64,000 bases of DNA from the NCBI GenBank assembly GCA_002269645.1, contig NIVC01001646.1, forward strand, positions 1 to 64,000. Direction: 5' to 3'. Shown piece after piece: positions 23,630-36,830 of the stretch. The notes below the pieces were generated by a model that was given only the letters and a program-made list of their open reading frames with translations, made no database searches and was not told the origin of the DNA. This DNA comes from Macrostomum lignano. Lineage: Eukaryota. Both the position numbers and the translations under genes were made by a program. Position 1 is the stretch's first letter, and each line of letters opens with the position of its first letter.

Positions 23630-24410
23630 CTGAGTACAGTGAGTGACCTACATCAACACTACTGACCCAAGTAGAGTGAGTGACCTACATCACCATTGCT
23701 GACCCCAGTAGAGTGAGTGACCTACATCACCACTACTGACCCTAGTAGTACAGTGAGTGATCTACACCACCACTGCTGACCCACTGACCCAAGTAGAGTG
23801 AGTGACCTACATCACCACTACTGACCCTAGTAGTACAGTGAGTGATCTACACCACCACTGCTGACCCACTGACCCAAGTAGAGTGAGTGACCTACATCAC
23901 CACTACTGACCCTAGTAGTACAGTGAGTGATCTACACCACCACTGTTGACCCACTGACCCAAGTACAGTGAGTGACCTACATCACTACTACTGACCCAAG
24001 TAGAGTGAGTGACCTACACTACCACTGCTGACCCAAGTAGAGTGAGTGACCTACATCACCACTAATGAGCCAAGTAGAGTGAGTGACCTACATCACCACT
24101 ACTGACCCAAGTACAGTGAGTGACCTACATCACCACTACTGACCCAAGTACAGTGAGTGACCTACATCACTACAGACCCAAGTACAGTGAGTGACCTACA
24201 CCACCACTACTGACCCAAGTAGAGTGAGTGACCTACATCACCACTAATGAGCCAAGTAGAGTGAGTGACCTACATCACCACTACTGACCCAAGTACAGTG
24301 AGTGACCTACATCACCACTACTGACCCAAGTACAGTGAGTGACCTACATCACTACAGACCCAAGTACAGTGAGTGACCTACACCACCACTACTGACCCAA
24401 GTAGAGTGAA
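23630..24410. repeat. 37-bp minisatellite (GACCCAAGTAGAGTGAGTGACCTACATCACCACTACT), about 20 copies
   Basis: Direct inspection; starts about 130 bp downstream of the MATE stop. Confidence 0.92.
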
Positions 24411-25004
24411 CATTATGACTCGTTGAGGTCAACAAGCCTTGAACTTATTGCTTATTAATTACGAGTATTAACTCACGAACTACTACTGCAGTGACGCTTA
24501 TTTCGTCTCAGGTTTAATATGATATTACTTTTGCTGTGAATTAACATAGTACTACTGAAAATTGTTGAATAATTGACTATTCTAATCAGTAATGTGTTTA
24601 ACGAGTACATTGCTGTCAGGTCGGGCAGTAATTTCAAATTATTGCGAGTAGCAACAGGAAAAATGGCTATGAGACAAGTTGAGGTCGCTCAGTTGCACTG
24701 CACATGTGCTTTCACTTGTGCTTCTGAGCCCCTGAATACCTGCAAAATTTTAAGCAATTAGCTTCTCCTGATTGCACCTGCTGATGTCTGACTTGGTAAA
24801 TTTTTCTTAGAAGGTTCCTTGTTTTCAATAAAGGTGCTTTTCAATAAATTCATCTGCACTTCGGTGAGAATTTGGTCAAATAAGACATTTTTGGTGAAAT
24901 ATCAGGGATAAATTAATTTTTGTTTTACCGGAGTCAGACTTGACACAAGAAATGGTACTCATCTTGACATGGTAGACACAGCACAGCAAATACCCAGTTC
25001 TTCA

Positions 25005-25480
25005 GTGTGTCAGTCACAGCTGCCAGTTCTTCAGTGTGTCACAGCTGCCTGACACTCCAGTTCTTCAGTGTGTCACAGCTGCCTGACACCCCAGTTCTTC
25101 AGTGTGTCACAGCTGCCTGACACCCCAGTTCTTTAGTGTGTCACAGCTGCCTGACACCCCAGTTCTTTAGTGTGTCACCGCTGCCTGACACCCCAGCTCT
25201 TCAGTGTGTCACAGCTGCCTGACACCCCAGTTCTTCAGTGTGTCACAGCTGCCTGACACCCCAGTTCTTCAATGTGTCACAGCTGCCTGACACCCCAGTT
25301 CTTCAGTGTGTCACAGCTGCCTGACACCCCAGTTCTTTAGTGTGTCACCGCTGCCTGACACCCCAGTTCTTCAGTGTGTCACAGCTGCCTCCCACCCCAG
25401 TTTTTCAGTGTGTCACCGCTGCCTCCCCCCAAAGTTCTTCGGTGGGTCACCGCTGCCTCCCCCCCCCCCCAGTTCTTCGA
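25005..25480. repeat. 34-bp minisatellite (CCCCAGTTCTTCAGTGTGTCACAGCTGCCTGACA), about 13 copies
   Basis: Direct inspection. Confidence 0.92.
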
Positions 25481-26668
25481 TGGGTCACTGCTGCCTCCCA
25501 GCCCAGTTCTTCGATAGGTCACTGCATAACCTAACCCCAGTTTTTAGCGGTACCTTCACCCTAGGTCATTGCTACCCTCAGCACAGTTTTTCAGTGAGTC
25601 ATCCAAACTTTTGATGGTTGGTTTCAGCTTATAATGAAATAATCGCTGCAGTGGTGGAACACTAACGTAAGCCTCCTAATTAAAAGCCTGATAAATAGCC
25701 CTCGAGGTGCACTTTCATACCACCTGGAAAATATTGTATTGTGTAACCGCTGTCGGGTCTGGACGAATTGCGGTCATTAACTTTAGTATTTTGGCTTCAC
25801 AAACAAAAGTCGAAATTCCAAGGTCGAAAGTTCGTATTCGGTAAGCAGACAGTGTGGGGGGGCGCCTGAAGTTGATAAGTAGTAGAATTGGTTCAGCTTG
25901 CTTTATTGCCCTCCCAGATAACAGATCTCTGGTGCCATCGTACTATTTTGAACGAAGAGATATAATTATACTTCTTGGACTGATCTAAGATAAGATTGCA
26001 GCGAAATCAAGCATCAATTGAAATTAAAATTCAACGCAGATATCCTAGTAAATAATATAATTAAAAGTTACATTTTTTAAATGCAATTAGTATAAACTTT
26101 ACCGATTAAAAAGTAATATTGACTTACTCGTAAGTACGGGCAAACTTGACACTGAAAATGAGCAATTTCGTTTTGCAGCCATCATGCTACTTAGGAGTAA
26201 TCAATACTTCAATATTGGCCCAACAGGTCCTTTGTGCGACCTATTTTCCTAGTGATAGCACAAAAGAACTCGTGGCCCGGGAAGAATTTTGTGTACAAAT
26301 GTGTTACGCGAGTTGAGTTCAACATTACGTAACGGCTCTCACAGCGCACACCCTCAATTTCAGAGCGGGCCCTATGCCATCCTTTCCGACCACCCGGCGC
26401 TGGGCTAGACAAGTGTGCCAAAAACGAGGGTGTAGAAAATTCAAGGGTCTTTGAGCTTAGCAGGGGCACGATGGCACGACGGCCAAGTAAAACACCCACC
26501 CCCGCCCGACCACTGCCCCACCCCACACCCCTCTGTGCAGCCCCCAGTCCAGCACCAACCCTCTGAAATTCTAAAGCCCCTCTAGCGCACACAGGGAAGA
26601 CGGGAGCGGAGAGTGCGCCTTTAACTGTTGAATTTGATTTCAGGGGGGGTGGGTGGCTCTCCTATCTC

Positions 26669-26675
26669 TATAAAA
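26669..26675 (+). promoter_or_regulatory. Candidate TATA box (TATAAAA) for the kinase gene
   Basis: Consensus TATAWAA about 180 bp upstream of the ATG at 26854. Caveat: the same 14-mer CTATAAAATGGGTG also occurs in the SINE core. Confidence 0.35.
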
Positions 26676-26853
26676 TGGGTGAACTGGGCCCGCGCCAGAA
26701 TGGCCACAAGAGGGTCGGTCTGGAGCGCTAGTTTTTCTCCCTGACACTTTCAGAGCTAGTTTTGACTTTGATTTTTCACTTTCCATTAGGAATTCTTACA
26801 GTTCCATTTAGTCTGTAGGATCCTGTGCTTTATGTTTTATTAAGACCCAGGCG

Positions 26854-28806
26854 ATGCTCGCTGACAGCGCGTTCTCAGAGATGTTTGCCTCAATGAGTGT
26901 CTTCGGCGCGAGACGAGGACGAAACGATGGTAGCAGCGGCGGCAGCGGTGGCGGTGCCAGCGGCGTGTCTGTCGGAGCCGGCGGCACAGACGCCGGTGGC
27001 GGCGTCGGCAGCGGCGGCGACAGCGTTGTCAGCGGCGTCTGCAGAGGTGGCGCCGGTGGCAGTAACGGTGCAAGCGGTGCTGTCGGAGGTAGCAGCGGCC
27101 TCGTCGGCAACGTCGGACGGATCGGCGGCGGCGTCGGTCCCGGTGGAAGTGGCGGTGGAGGCATCGGCGGCGGCAGCAGCGGCGGGTCTGCATCCCGCGA
27201 TCCCACAGCAGCCGCGGCAGCGACTCTGCGCCTCTGGTCGGCGGCAGTCAGCAACGATTCTGGTCTAGGAGAAGAGTCCGACTTTGCCATTGCCGTACCG
27301 GCTGCAGCCTCGCCGATGTGCCACCACGGCGGTACCAGCGCAGCCGCCGCAGCAGTGGCCGCCGCCGCGGCCGCAGCGGCAGTGGTAGCGTCGCCCCACA
27401 CCAACGGCGTCGTCGGCGATGGAAACAACGGCGTCAGCTGCGTCCAGAACTCCGCCGTTGCGGCTGCAGCGGTGGCCGCCGCCGCCGCCGCCTGCCGAGG
27501 CGGCCGAGTCAATGCTCTGCGCCAAGGCGTCCTAGGCCCGTCGTCTGCCCAGGCCTGTCCGGACCGTCTCGGAGTTTCTGACCTGCTTGCCGAGCTGATG
27601 AACCGCTGCGCCAGACAGCCTGTCTGCCCGTGGGTTCCGCCGACATTCTTCGAGTCCGTCTGCCATCATCGCATGCGCACCCCGCTGCCCGTGCAGCAGG
27701 CGCAGCACCAGCAGAAGCTGACTGCCGCCGCCATTCGCACCGGGATCGGCGCCGCGCCCCCAGCCGCCGAGGCGCCGCCGCCGTTTGCGCCAACCGGCGG
27801 CCAGGTGGTGTACAAGCCGGCGCACAGTCTCGGCCGGGGCAACTTCGGCCAAGTGTACTTCTGCTTCGTGCAGCACCGCCATCGCCACTCGCCATCAGAC
27901 GCCAGCCTGTGCTTGGAGCCGCGGGCTTTAAAGTGCACGCATCGATTGTCTACGCACCGGAAGGAGAGCCAAGTGCACCGCAGACTGCAGGCCGGGCACA
28001 CCGAGGACAGCTACCGTAGTGCCTTCGTGCTCTGGCTAGCTGACAGTGTTCAGCTGACGCACGCCGGCTCCGAGCTCGGCTGCCTGCTGCTCGAACTGGC
28101 GCCCGGCGGCTCCCTTCAGGACCTGGTCGGCAGCCTGGCCAAGACCGGCCGCATGCTGGTGGAGCGGGAGGCCGCCTTCTACCTGGCCGAGCTCGGCTGC
28201 GCCATCGACTTCCTGCACGCCCGCGGCTTCCTCCACCTGGACGTGAAGGCCGACAACGTGCTGATCGCTGCTAGCGGTCACGTCCGCCTGTGCGACCTCG
28301 GCCACGCGCTGGCCCTGCGCGACGGCCGCGCCGAGAGCTGCCTGTCTGCCGGCCTGGGCACCTTCCACCTGCCTGTTGAGATACTCCGCGGAGGCGGCGG
28401 CGGCAGCGGCGGCGACCGGGTCAGCGTTGTGACCCGCGCCACCGACTGGTTCAGCTACGGCTGCCTGGCCTTCTGGCTGCTGCACAACTACTTCCCCATC
28501 GTGCCGCCCAGCTACACCCGCACCGTGGCAGAGTACGCCGACTTCATGGCCGGTCCCGGCTACCGCCGGCTCTCGCGCCTGTTTGTCCGGCCGGCCAGCC
28601 TGCTCTACCGCAGCCTGGTGCTGATGCTGCTCCACCCGGACCCGGACAGGCGGCCGGCCAGCCTTGGCCAGGTGCTGCAGCAGTGCTGGCCGCTGTTTGT
28701 CGAGTGCGGCCTGCTGCACAGCGGCGCAGCGGCCGGACCGGAGGATGTGCGCGCCGCGATCGAGTCCAACTGCTTGGTGCCGCCGTTTGTGCCGCTGCCG
28801 CTGTGA
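26854..28806 (+). CDS. Intronless AGC-group Ser/Thr kinase with a GRK2/beta-ARK-like catalytic domain and a long Gly/Ala low-complexity N-terminus, 650 aa
   Basis: Single ORF containing the G-loop LGRGNFGQVYFC, ALKC, FYLAEL..AIDFLH, HLDVKADN, GHVRLCDLG, GTFHLPVE, DWFSYGCLAFWLL, LLHPDP.RRP and an AGC-tail-like PPFVP. An AATAAA lies at about 29294. Confidence 0.9.
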   Translation: MLADSAFSEMFASMSVFGARRGRNDGSSGGSGGGASGVSVGAGGTDAGGGVGSGGDSVVSGVCRGGAGGSNGASGAVGGSSGLVGNVGRIGGGVGPGGSGGGGIGGGSSGGSASRDPTAAAAATLRLWSAAVSNDSGLGEESDFAIAVPAAASPMCHHGGTSAAAAAVAAAAAAAAVVASPHTNGVVGDGNNGVSCVQNSAVAAAAVAAAAAACRGGRVNALRQGVLGPSSAQACPDRLGVSDLLAELMNRCARQPVCPWVPPTFFESVCHHRMRTPLPVQQAQHQQKLTAAAIRTGIGAAPPAAEAPPPFAPTGGQVVYKPAHSLGRGNFGQVYFCFVQHRHRHSPSDASLCLEPRALKCTHRLSTHRKESQVHRRLQAGHTEDSYRSAFVLWLADSVQLTHAGSELGCLLLELAPGGSLQDLVGSLAKTGRMLVEREAAFYLAELGCAIDFLHARGFLHLDVKADNVLIAASGHVRLCDLGHALALRDGRAESCLSAGLGTFHLPVEILRGGGGGSGGDRVSVVTRATDWFSYGCLAFWLLHNYFPIVPPSYTRTVAEYADFMAGPGYRRLSRLFVRPASLLYRSLVLMLLHPDPDRRPASLGQVLQQCWPLFVECGLLHSGAAAGPEDVRAAIESNCLVPPFVPLPL

Positions 28807-30071
28807 GCTGGCGAACTGCCTGCTGATCTGTTTCATTGACACTTTCATTGTCCGCTGTTTAAATCTCTTTGCTTACATCCCGGATTCTCAACGGGATCCC
28901 ATTGCCATGTACCTTAATCCTCTTATCCCCTCCCTTCCGATTTTTTGATCTCCCGTTTCCTCTGTTCAATGCCCGGTTCCAGTTTCTTGTCTATATCTTG
29001 TTCGAAATTTCAGTTATTTTGCCCCGGCTACACTTTGCTTTTGTTGTTAACATTATCGTATACCTATGCATATTAACGATATAGATATATTGCAATTAAT
29101 CGAGTCAATTCATGAGCTGCATTTCGCGCAATCAATGTTTGCCCATCATCAAATCTTCCCAGAGACCCCAGTCTGTGTCGCTGTCCATCTGTTAATAGCA
29201 TTATTTAAGATTTCCTGATTATACGTAGAATTATAGCTTTAGAAGCCCGCAGCAGATTATTGTTATTATATATATTTTCTCTGTTCTGGTAAAAATAAAC
29301 TGTGCCTAGCAACACACCTGTCAGCTGCGCTTCCAGCCGACTGGCGCTTGATAGCACTATAAAAACGTTGACTTGTCAAATGTTCAATGTGAAAGATAAG
29401 GTCGTCTGAGGTCACGACAAGACTTGCGGTTTTATCTTTTCGGCTGTCTAATTCTGAGCTTCTGGGTCTTGATTGTTTAGTCCTACTGGTCTACCCAATT
29501 TTGTATCTATCTCGCACTTATACTCGTAGCTATAGAGGTGTTGTCTCGGGGTTTTCCTCGCCTTAACAACAATGAATTTCTTTTGAATCGCTCGCTGACT
29601 CACTCTCTCACTTCGAAGGAGAGTTGAAATCGTCCTGCAGGTCTGTCTAGGCAAGCCGCTGCCTGTTTTAAGCTGTGTCTAGTTTGTCTAGTTGCCTACT
29701 GCGTTAGTCTGATTGTAAACAGACCGTTGCGCAATCACCTTAGTAACTGACTGATATAAATCTTTCTAATCTGGCTTTATAATTGATAGTCCTTGGCTGG
29801 AAATTAGTTGGTGCCATAGACAACAGTGCGGCTAGAAATAACTTTCTTAAACTCATTTTTGTTATTGTCTATGGCCTGAAACCAATTGGCACGACACTGA
29901 TATCTTTTATACTCGCAATACTACAAAAGTTTTGGTCTATGGTACAAAGTTCGGTTTTTGTAGGTCTGAAAATTCTTATCAGTAGTGTACAAGTAGACAA
30001 GAATTTTTAAAGCCAGCTGAATTTCGTTCTCCATATTTTGTTGCTTTGTTCTGCTCATAAGTAGGACCCCA

Positions 30072-31205
30072 GAGAATAGCTTCTCTCTTTTCCAAGTCTC
30101 ATCTGAGAATAGCCTCTCTCTTTTCCAAGTCTCATCTGAGAATAGCCTCTCTCTTTTCCAAGTCTCATCTCAGAATAGCCTCTCTCTTTTCCAAGTCTCA
30201 TCTCAGAATAGCCTCTCTCCTTTCCAAGTCTCACCTGAGAATAGCCTCTCTCTTTTCCAAGTCTGAGAATAATCTGAGAATAGCCTCTCTCCTTTCCAAG
30301 TCTCACCTGAGAATAGCCTCTCTCCTTTCCAAGTCTCACCTGTGAATCGCCCTTTCCAACTTTCAAGTCTCACCTGAGAATCGCCGTTTCCCATTTTCAA
30401 GTCTCACCTGATAATCGCCCTTCCCATTTTCAAGTCTCACCTGATAATCGCCCTTCCCATTTTTAAGTCTTACCTGAGAATCGCCTCTCTCCTTTCCAAG
30501 TCTCACCTGATAATCGCCTTTCTCCTTTCCAAGTCTCACCTGAGAATCGCCTTTCTCCTTTCCAAGTCTCACCTGAGAATCGCCCCTCCCATTGTCAAGT
30601 CTCACCTGAAAATCGCGTCTCTCCTTTCCAAGTCTCACCTGAAAATCGCCCTTCCCATTTTCAAGTCTCACCTGAGAATCGCCCCTCCCATTGTCAAGTC
30701 TCACCTGAGAATCGCCTCTCTCCTTTCCAAGTCTCACCTGAGAATCGCCTCACTCCTTTCCAAGTCTCACCTGAGAATCGCCCCTCCCATTGTCAAGTCT
30801 CACCTGAAAATCGCCCCTCCCATTGTCAAGTCTCACCTGAAAATCGCGTCTCTCCTTTCCAAGTCTCACCTGAGAATCGCCCCTCCCATTGTCAAGTCTC
30901 ACCTGAGAATCGCCCCTCCCATTGTCAAGTCTCACCTGAAAATCGCGTCTCTCCTTTCCAAGTCTCACCTGAGAATCACCCTTCCCATTTCAAGTCTCAC
31001 CTAAGAATCACCCTTCCCATTTTCAAGTCTCACCTAAGAATCACCCTTGCCATTTCAAGTCTCACCTAAGAATCACCCTTCCCATTTCAAGTCTCACCTA
31101 AGAATCACCCTTCCCATTTTCAAGTCTCACCTAAGAATCACCCTTCCCATTTCAAGTCTCACCTAAGAATCACCCTTCCCATTTTCAAGTCTCACCTAAG
31201 AATCG
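30072..31205. repeat. 33-bp minisatellite (TTTCCAAGTCTCACCTGAGAATCGCCTCTCTCC), about 34 copies in graded subtypes
   Basis: Direct inspection; the unit sequence drifts progressively along the array. Confidence 0.95.
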
Positions 31206-32126
31206 CTCTCCATTTAAGCAGCCAGGTCCTTATAAAATCCAAAGCAGTAAGAATGGAGTCGCTTCGCTCTATATTCTGACAGGTGTCAATACAGACTAAT
31301 CGCATATTAGAATTGTATTTATAATAAGCATTAGATTTATTATTCGATAAGTATTAAGCTTGTGTTGACTCAATTGGAGCCAGGCGCAAGGGCTCCGCAT
31401 AATATAATAAAGCAAGCATTTAGCAAAACATGTGTACAAACGGTTAGTTTCAACAGCGCGAACTTTATTTTGTACAAAACAGGCTTTCCAGTATAATATT
31501 CTTGATAGAAGCTTGATGGCAGTTGCGTATGTACGGCACAATAACATATTCTATCGATTAGTCATCATCCAATGCTATTAATAGTAGTATATGACAAATC
31601 GATTATATTGTAAGTAAACTTTAATATAGTTTCAAAATCAAAGTACAGGTAGATAGATTAGTTAGCCGCTAACAATAGGATTTCGGGTTCAGTTAAATGC
31701 AGCAAAATTAAAACACTCTTCCATTTGTCTACAGAAGCCTGGGACACACAACCATTTTGGAGCATTGTGCACACTTATAATATTTTATATTCATACTGCA
31801 ACAAAATATACTGCACTATAACTCGCATAGCACTACTGAGTAATAGCAGTTTAGTGTGAATGAAGACTCCCTAAGCAATACATTGGCTTCACAAGCAAGC
31901 AGATTAAAATTAACAAATTGACGAGTCTCTGTTTGCTTTTTGTGCGATAAAATAAATTGAAACAATTAGCAAGGATAGAAATATTCCTGCACTAATTCTG
32001 TTTTCTATACATATCGGCATCTGAAAGCTGTATTTGTGCGACAAGCTGAGAATGGGGGGTGGGGGGAACCCCAGTATCATCTATGAGGCATGAATCAATC
32101 GGCTTTGAGACCTTAATGAGCGCCTG

Positions 32127-32525
<399 letters not shown>

Positions 32526-32557
32526 CAAAACGATCATCTACCAAGGGTTTAGTCTGG

Positions 32558-32997
32558 CTAGACTGCGGCCGATTTTGGCTTGTCGCCGTTGGTGAAACTC
32601 TGCGGCGTGGCGGCCCGACTGCCGGCGATGGGCGAGAGAACGCTGCCGCGGCTCAGCGATCGATAATCCGCGGAGTGACCGCCGCCCAACGAGATGTCGC
32701 CAAACCTTGGCTCGCCAAGCAAAGTCAGCGGACTGTTGAATCCTGGCAGCTGGTGCGAGGGCTGCTGTCCGGAGGACGACGCAGCCGATATTGTCGACGG
32801 CGTGAACCGGCCGCCGCTGAACGCACCGCCGCCGCCGCCGATGCCCGAGTACGGTGACTGCGGCTGCCGGCAGGCGGTCAGTGGGATGTGCTCGTGGTGG
32901 CAGCCTGGGTATTCCTCCTCAAGGATGCAGTTGCAGGCCGGGGACCGGGATCTGGGAGCCGGGCAGCCACCGGGCAGCGTCATGAAGCGCTCGGCGG
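32558..32997 (-). CDS. Terminal cytoplasmic exon of the protocadherin
   Basis: The acceptor TTTTCAAACAG is phase 1, matching the phase-1 donor of exon 37086-36936. GC-rich ORF AAERFMTLPGGC...KPKSAAV*. Linkage to the protocadherin is inferred from strand, phase and composition. Confidence 0.7.
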
Positions 32998-33196
32998 CTG
33001 TTTGAAAATTTTTTGATTGGGAATTTTTGCAGTAACGAAAATGTTGTGCCTGCTACCTATAGTAGTGTAGTCAAGGGGTTGTTTTATATTTAAACATATA
33101 TATTTTCTCACGAAGTTATCGGTTTTTAATGGGTTTTTTGTTGGCAAAACTGCTGGAACCCATCATTTTGGTTTGAGTTTTCTACAGAAAGGTGAG

Positions 33197-34418
33197 GTAG
33201 ATGACCGTGAGGTACATGATGCTTCAGGTGGGAGACCGTGAGGTACATGATGCTTCAGGTGGGAGACCGAGAGGTAGATGATGCTTCAGGTGGGAGACCG
33301 AGAGGTACATGATGCTTCAGGTGGGAGACTGTGAGGTAGATGATGCTTCAGGTGGGAGACTGTGAAGTAGATGATGCTTCAGGTGGGAGACTGTGAAGTA
33401 GATGATGCTTCAGGTGGGAGACTGTGAAGTAGATGATGCTTCAGGTGGGAGACTGTGAAGTAGATGATGCTTCAGGTGGGAGACTGTGAAGTAGATGATG
33501 CTTCAGGTGGAGACCGAGAGGTGGATGATGCTTCAGGTGGGAGACCGAGAGGTACATGATGCTTCAGGTGGGAGACTGTGAAGTAGATGATGCTTCAGGT
33601 GGGAGACTGTGAAGTAGATGATGCTTCAGGTGGGAGACTGTGAAGTAGATGATGCTTCAGTTGGGAGACTGTGAAGTACATGATGCTTCAGGTGGGAGAC
33701 TGTGAAGTAGATGATGCTTCAGGTGGGAGACTGTGAAGTAGATGATGCTTCAGGTGGAGACCGAGAGGTGGATGATACTTCAGGTGGGAGACTGTGAAGT
33801 AGATGATGCTTCAGTTGGGAGACTGTGAAGTACATGATGCTTCAGGTGGGAGACTGTGAAGTAGATGATGCTTCAGGTGGGAGACTGTGAAGTAGATGAT
33901 GCTTCAGGTGGGAGACTGTGAAGTAGATGATGCTTCAGGTGGAGACCGAGAGGTGGATGATGCTTCAGGTGGGAGACCGAGAGGTACATGATGCTTCAGG
34001 TGGGAGACTGTGAAGTAGATGATGCTTCAGGTGGGAGACTGTGAAGTAGATGATGCTTCAGGTGGGAGACTGTGAAGTAGATGATGCTTCAGGTGGGAGA
34101 CTGTGAAGTAGATGATGCTTCAGGTGGAGACCGAGAGGTGGATGATGCTTCAGTTGGGAGACTGTGAAGTAGATGATGCTTCAGGTGGGAGACTGTGAAG
34201 TAGATGATGCTTCAGGTGGAGACCGAGAGGTGGATGATGCTTCAGGTGGGAGACTGTGAAGTAGATGATGCTTCAGGTGGAGACCGAGAGGTGGATGATG
34301 CTTCAGTTGGGAGACTGTGAAGTAGATGATGCTTCAGGTGGGAGACTGTGAAGTAGATGATGCTTCAGGTGGAGACCGAGAGGTGGATGATGCTTCAGGT
34401 GGGAGACCGAGAGGTAGA
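33197..34418. repeat. 31-bp minisatellite (GATGATGCTTCAGGTGGGAGACTGTGAAGTA, with 30-bp variants), about 39 copies
   Basis: Direct inspection; lies in the last protocadherin intron. Confidence 0.95.
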
Positions 34419-35274
34419 CGATACTACGGAATACAAACTTTAAGGAAAACTTTAAAATGGCTCTATAGGATAAGAAGAATCAGATTTGAATCCCAACCGC
34501 GTGTAAAAAGAACGAGACGAACGGAAGAAAAAGTCCACAGGCTCTTCCAGCAGAAGCGGAAAATCTACAGAAGAGGCAACAAGATCCGCAAAAGCAGCTT
34601 TTCCACCCTTTACATGGTGCCAAAAAAACTTCTTTAGCCGGAGGGAGTCTTTTAGCCGCTAGGGAACACGGGGGGATAATGGGAGAGGAGAAGCAAGAGA
34701 AAGCCTTTCCCTTGTCACTAGGGCAACAAGTGCAGCGCCCCCTGCAAACACATCAAGGAGGCGGCAGACTGGCCACTCTGCCATCACCGACTCAGTCGCT
34801 GCTGCCCCCCCTCTCGACTTTTAATGCTCCGAAAAATGGGAGATGCGAGATGGCCATCGTAAATCCTGCAGCGGTGCACAGCGGCTACTGGGAACAGAAG
34901 GAGAGGCGAGAGTCTTATTCAAAGCTGATACATTCTCTCTCTCTCTCTCTCTCTCTTTGCCCTTCCCTACCCCTCCAGGGAGAGGTGAACGGGAGTCGGG
35001 ATCCGGCGGTGCGGCGGAGGGGACGACACGGCGGAGCTGGACAATTTATGCGATTCTTTCAAAGCCATATTGGCATCGACTGCATGCTGCCTCCTAGTAG
35101 TTGCTAGCGCTGCTGCCCTCTGCGCCCTGCATCTTTTCGAATCCCCTAGGGAGATTTCAGGCTGCACTAGCGCGTGTGGACTGTTTCATTTAAGGGGCCT
35201 CTTTTAAAAAAGTGCCAACTTGTTCTCCAAGTGGCTGCTTTTGTGATGAATGCCTGATTAGGCGCGCACAGTAA

Positions 35275-35432
35275 GAAGGCAGTGAGTAGGCAGTGTGAGA
35301 ATCAGTGAGTAGGCAGTGTGAGAATCAGTGAGTAGGCAGTGTGAGAATCAGTGAGTAGGCAGTGTGAGAATCAGTGTGTAGACAGTGTGAGAATCAGTGA
35401 GTAGGCAGTGTGAGAATCAGTGAGTAGGCAGT
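35275..35432. repeat. 23-bp minisatellite (CAGTGAGTAGGCAGTGTGAGAAT), about 7 copies
   Basis: Direct inspection. Confidence 0.9.
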
Positions 35433-36059
35433 AGACAGGGATAGGGGGTTGTGAGATGTCACTGCCCAATCCCATGAGTCAGGCTACCAGGCAGCATGTG
35501 GAAGGGGAGAGGAGCGAACAGAGAGGCGAAGAGAGAGATGGAGAAGCCTTACTCACCATGACAGACTAATTTGCGGATAATCGCTGCCCTCAGCATCAGA
35601 GGGATTGCAACAATTCTAAATATAAATTAGCCATAATTAGCTCGAATAGAAGTCAGACAGGCCAATCACTCACCCGCCCTCACCCGCCCGTCAACTTGTC
35701 AAAACTTCGTTAAAAAAATAATAATCGCCAAATTATAATTAAGTTCGCCAGCCCCCTGCCCCCCGATAACAAAGAAATCATTTGAAAACGGACTGACTGG
35801 CACTCGAATACCAAATGGCACTTGTATTCGGCCTAAACAATTTCTGCTTGGCTTCCATCTAACCTCCAGAACAGTTCTCTGAAACCTGTTCTGGAGTGAT
35901 TTTGCCCTGTTTAACAGCCAATGCCATCGAACCTTCGAATTCCAAATCGCTCCTGCCTTCATACCAATCACTCATTTTTTCTCATGCCATGCATCTCCAA
36001 ATCTTCTCCGCTAAGCCTTGCTGACAATAAAGCTAGTGATTGATGTTTTATCCAGTCTC

Positions 36060-36830
36060 TTCAGTCCCCTCACTCCCACCATTTCCCCTCACTCCCACCA
36101 TTTCCCCTCACTCTCACCGTTTCCCCTCACTCTCACACCCCTTCCCCTCACTCTCCCCATTCCCCTCACTCTCACCATTTCCCCTCACTCTCACCATTTC
36201 CCCTCACTCTCACCATTTCCCCTCACTCTCACCGTTTCGCCTCACTCTCACCATTTCCCCTCACTCTCACCATTTCCCCTCACTCTCACCATTTCCCCTC
36301 ACTCTCACCATTTCCCCTCACTCTCACCATTTCCCCTCACTCTCACCATTTCCCCTCACTCTCACCATTTCCCCTCACTCTCACACCCCTTCCCCTCACT
36401 CTCCCCATTCCCCTCACTCTCACCATTTCCCCTCACTCTCACCATTTCCCCTCACTCTCACCGTTTCGCCTCACTCTCACCATTTCCCCTCACTCTCACC
36501 ATTTCCCCTCACTCTCACCATTTCCCCTCACTCTCACCATTTCCCCTCACTCTCACCATTTCCCCTCACTCTCACCATTTCCCCACACTCTCACCATTTC
36601 CCCTCAATCTCACCGTTTCCCCTCACTCTCACCATTTCCCCTCACTCTCACACCCCTTCCCCCCACTCTCACCATCTCCCCTCACTCTCATCATTTCCCC
36701 TCACTCTCACCATTTCCTCTCACTCTCACCATTTCCCCTCACTCTCACCACTTCCCCTCACTCTCACCACTTCCCCTCACTCTCCCTCCCTTCCCCTCAC
36801 TCTCACACCCCTTCCCTTCACTCTCATATC
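36060..36830. repeat. 19-bp minisatellite (TTTCCCCTCACTCTCACCA), about 40 copies
   Basis: Direct inspection; begins about 100 nt into the intron after exon 37086-36936. Confidence 0.95.

Noticed and set aside
22575-25480. 46-, 37- and 34-bp repeats of CRISPR-like length (the 46-mer has a small CCTC-TAT-GAGG palindrome)
   Set aside because: The units are head-to-tail with no unique spacers, there are no cas genes, and the context is eukaryotic intron/intergenic DNA.
26808-28848. Long antisense and alternate-frame ORFs overlapping the kinase, protocadherin and RhoGAP exons
   Set aside because: These are the expected shadow ORFs of very GC-rich coding sequence, with no domain signatures.
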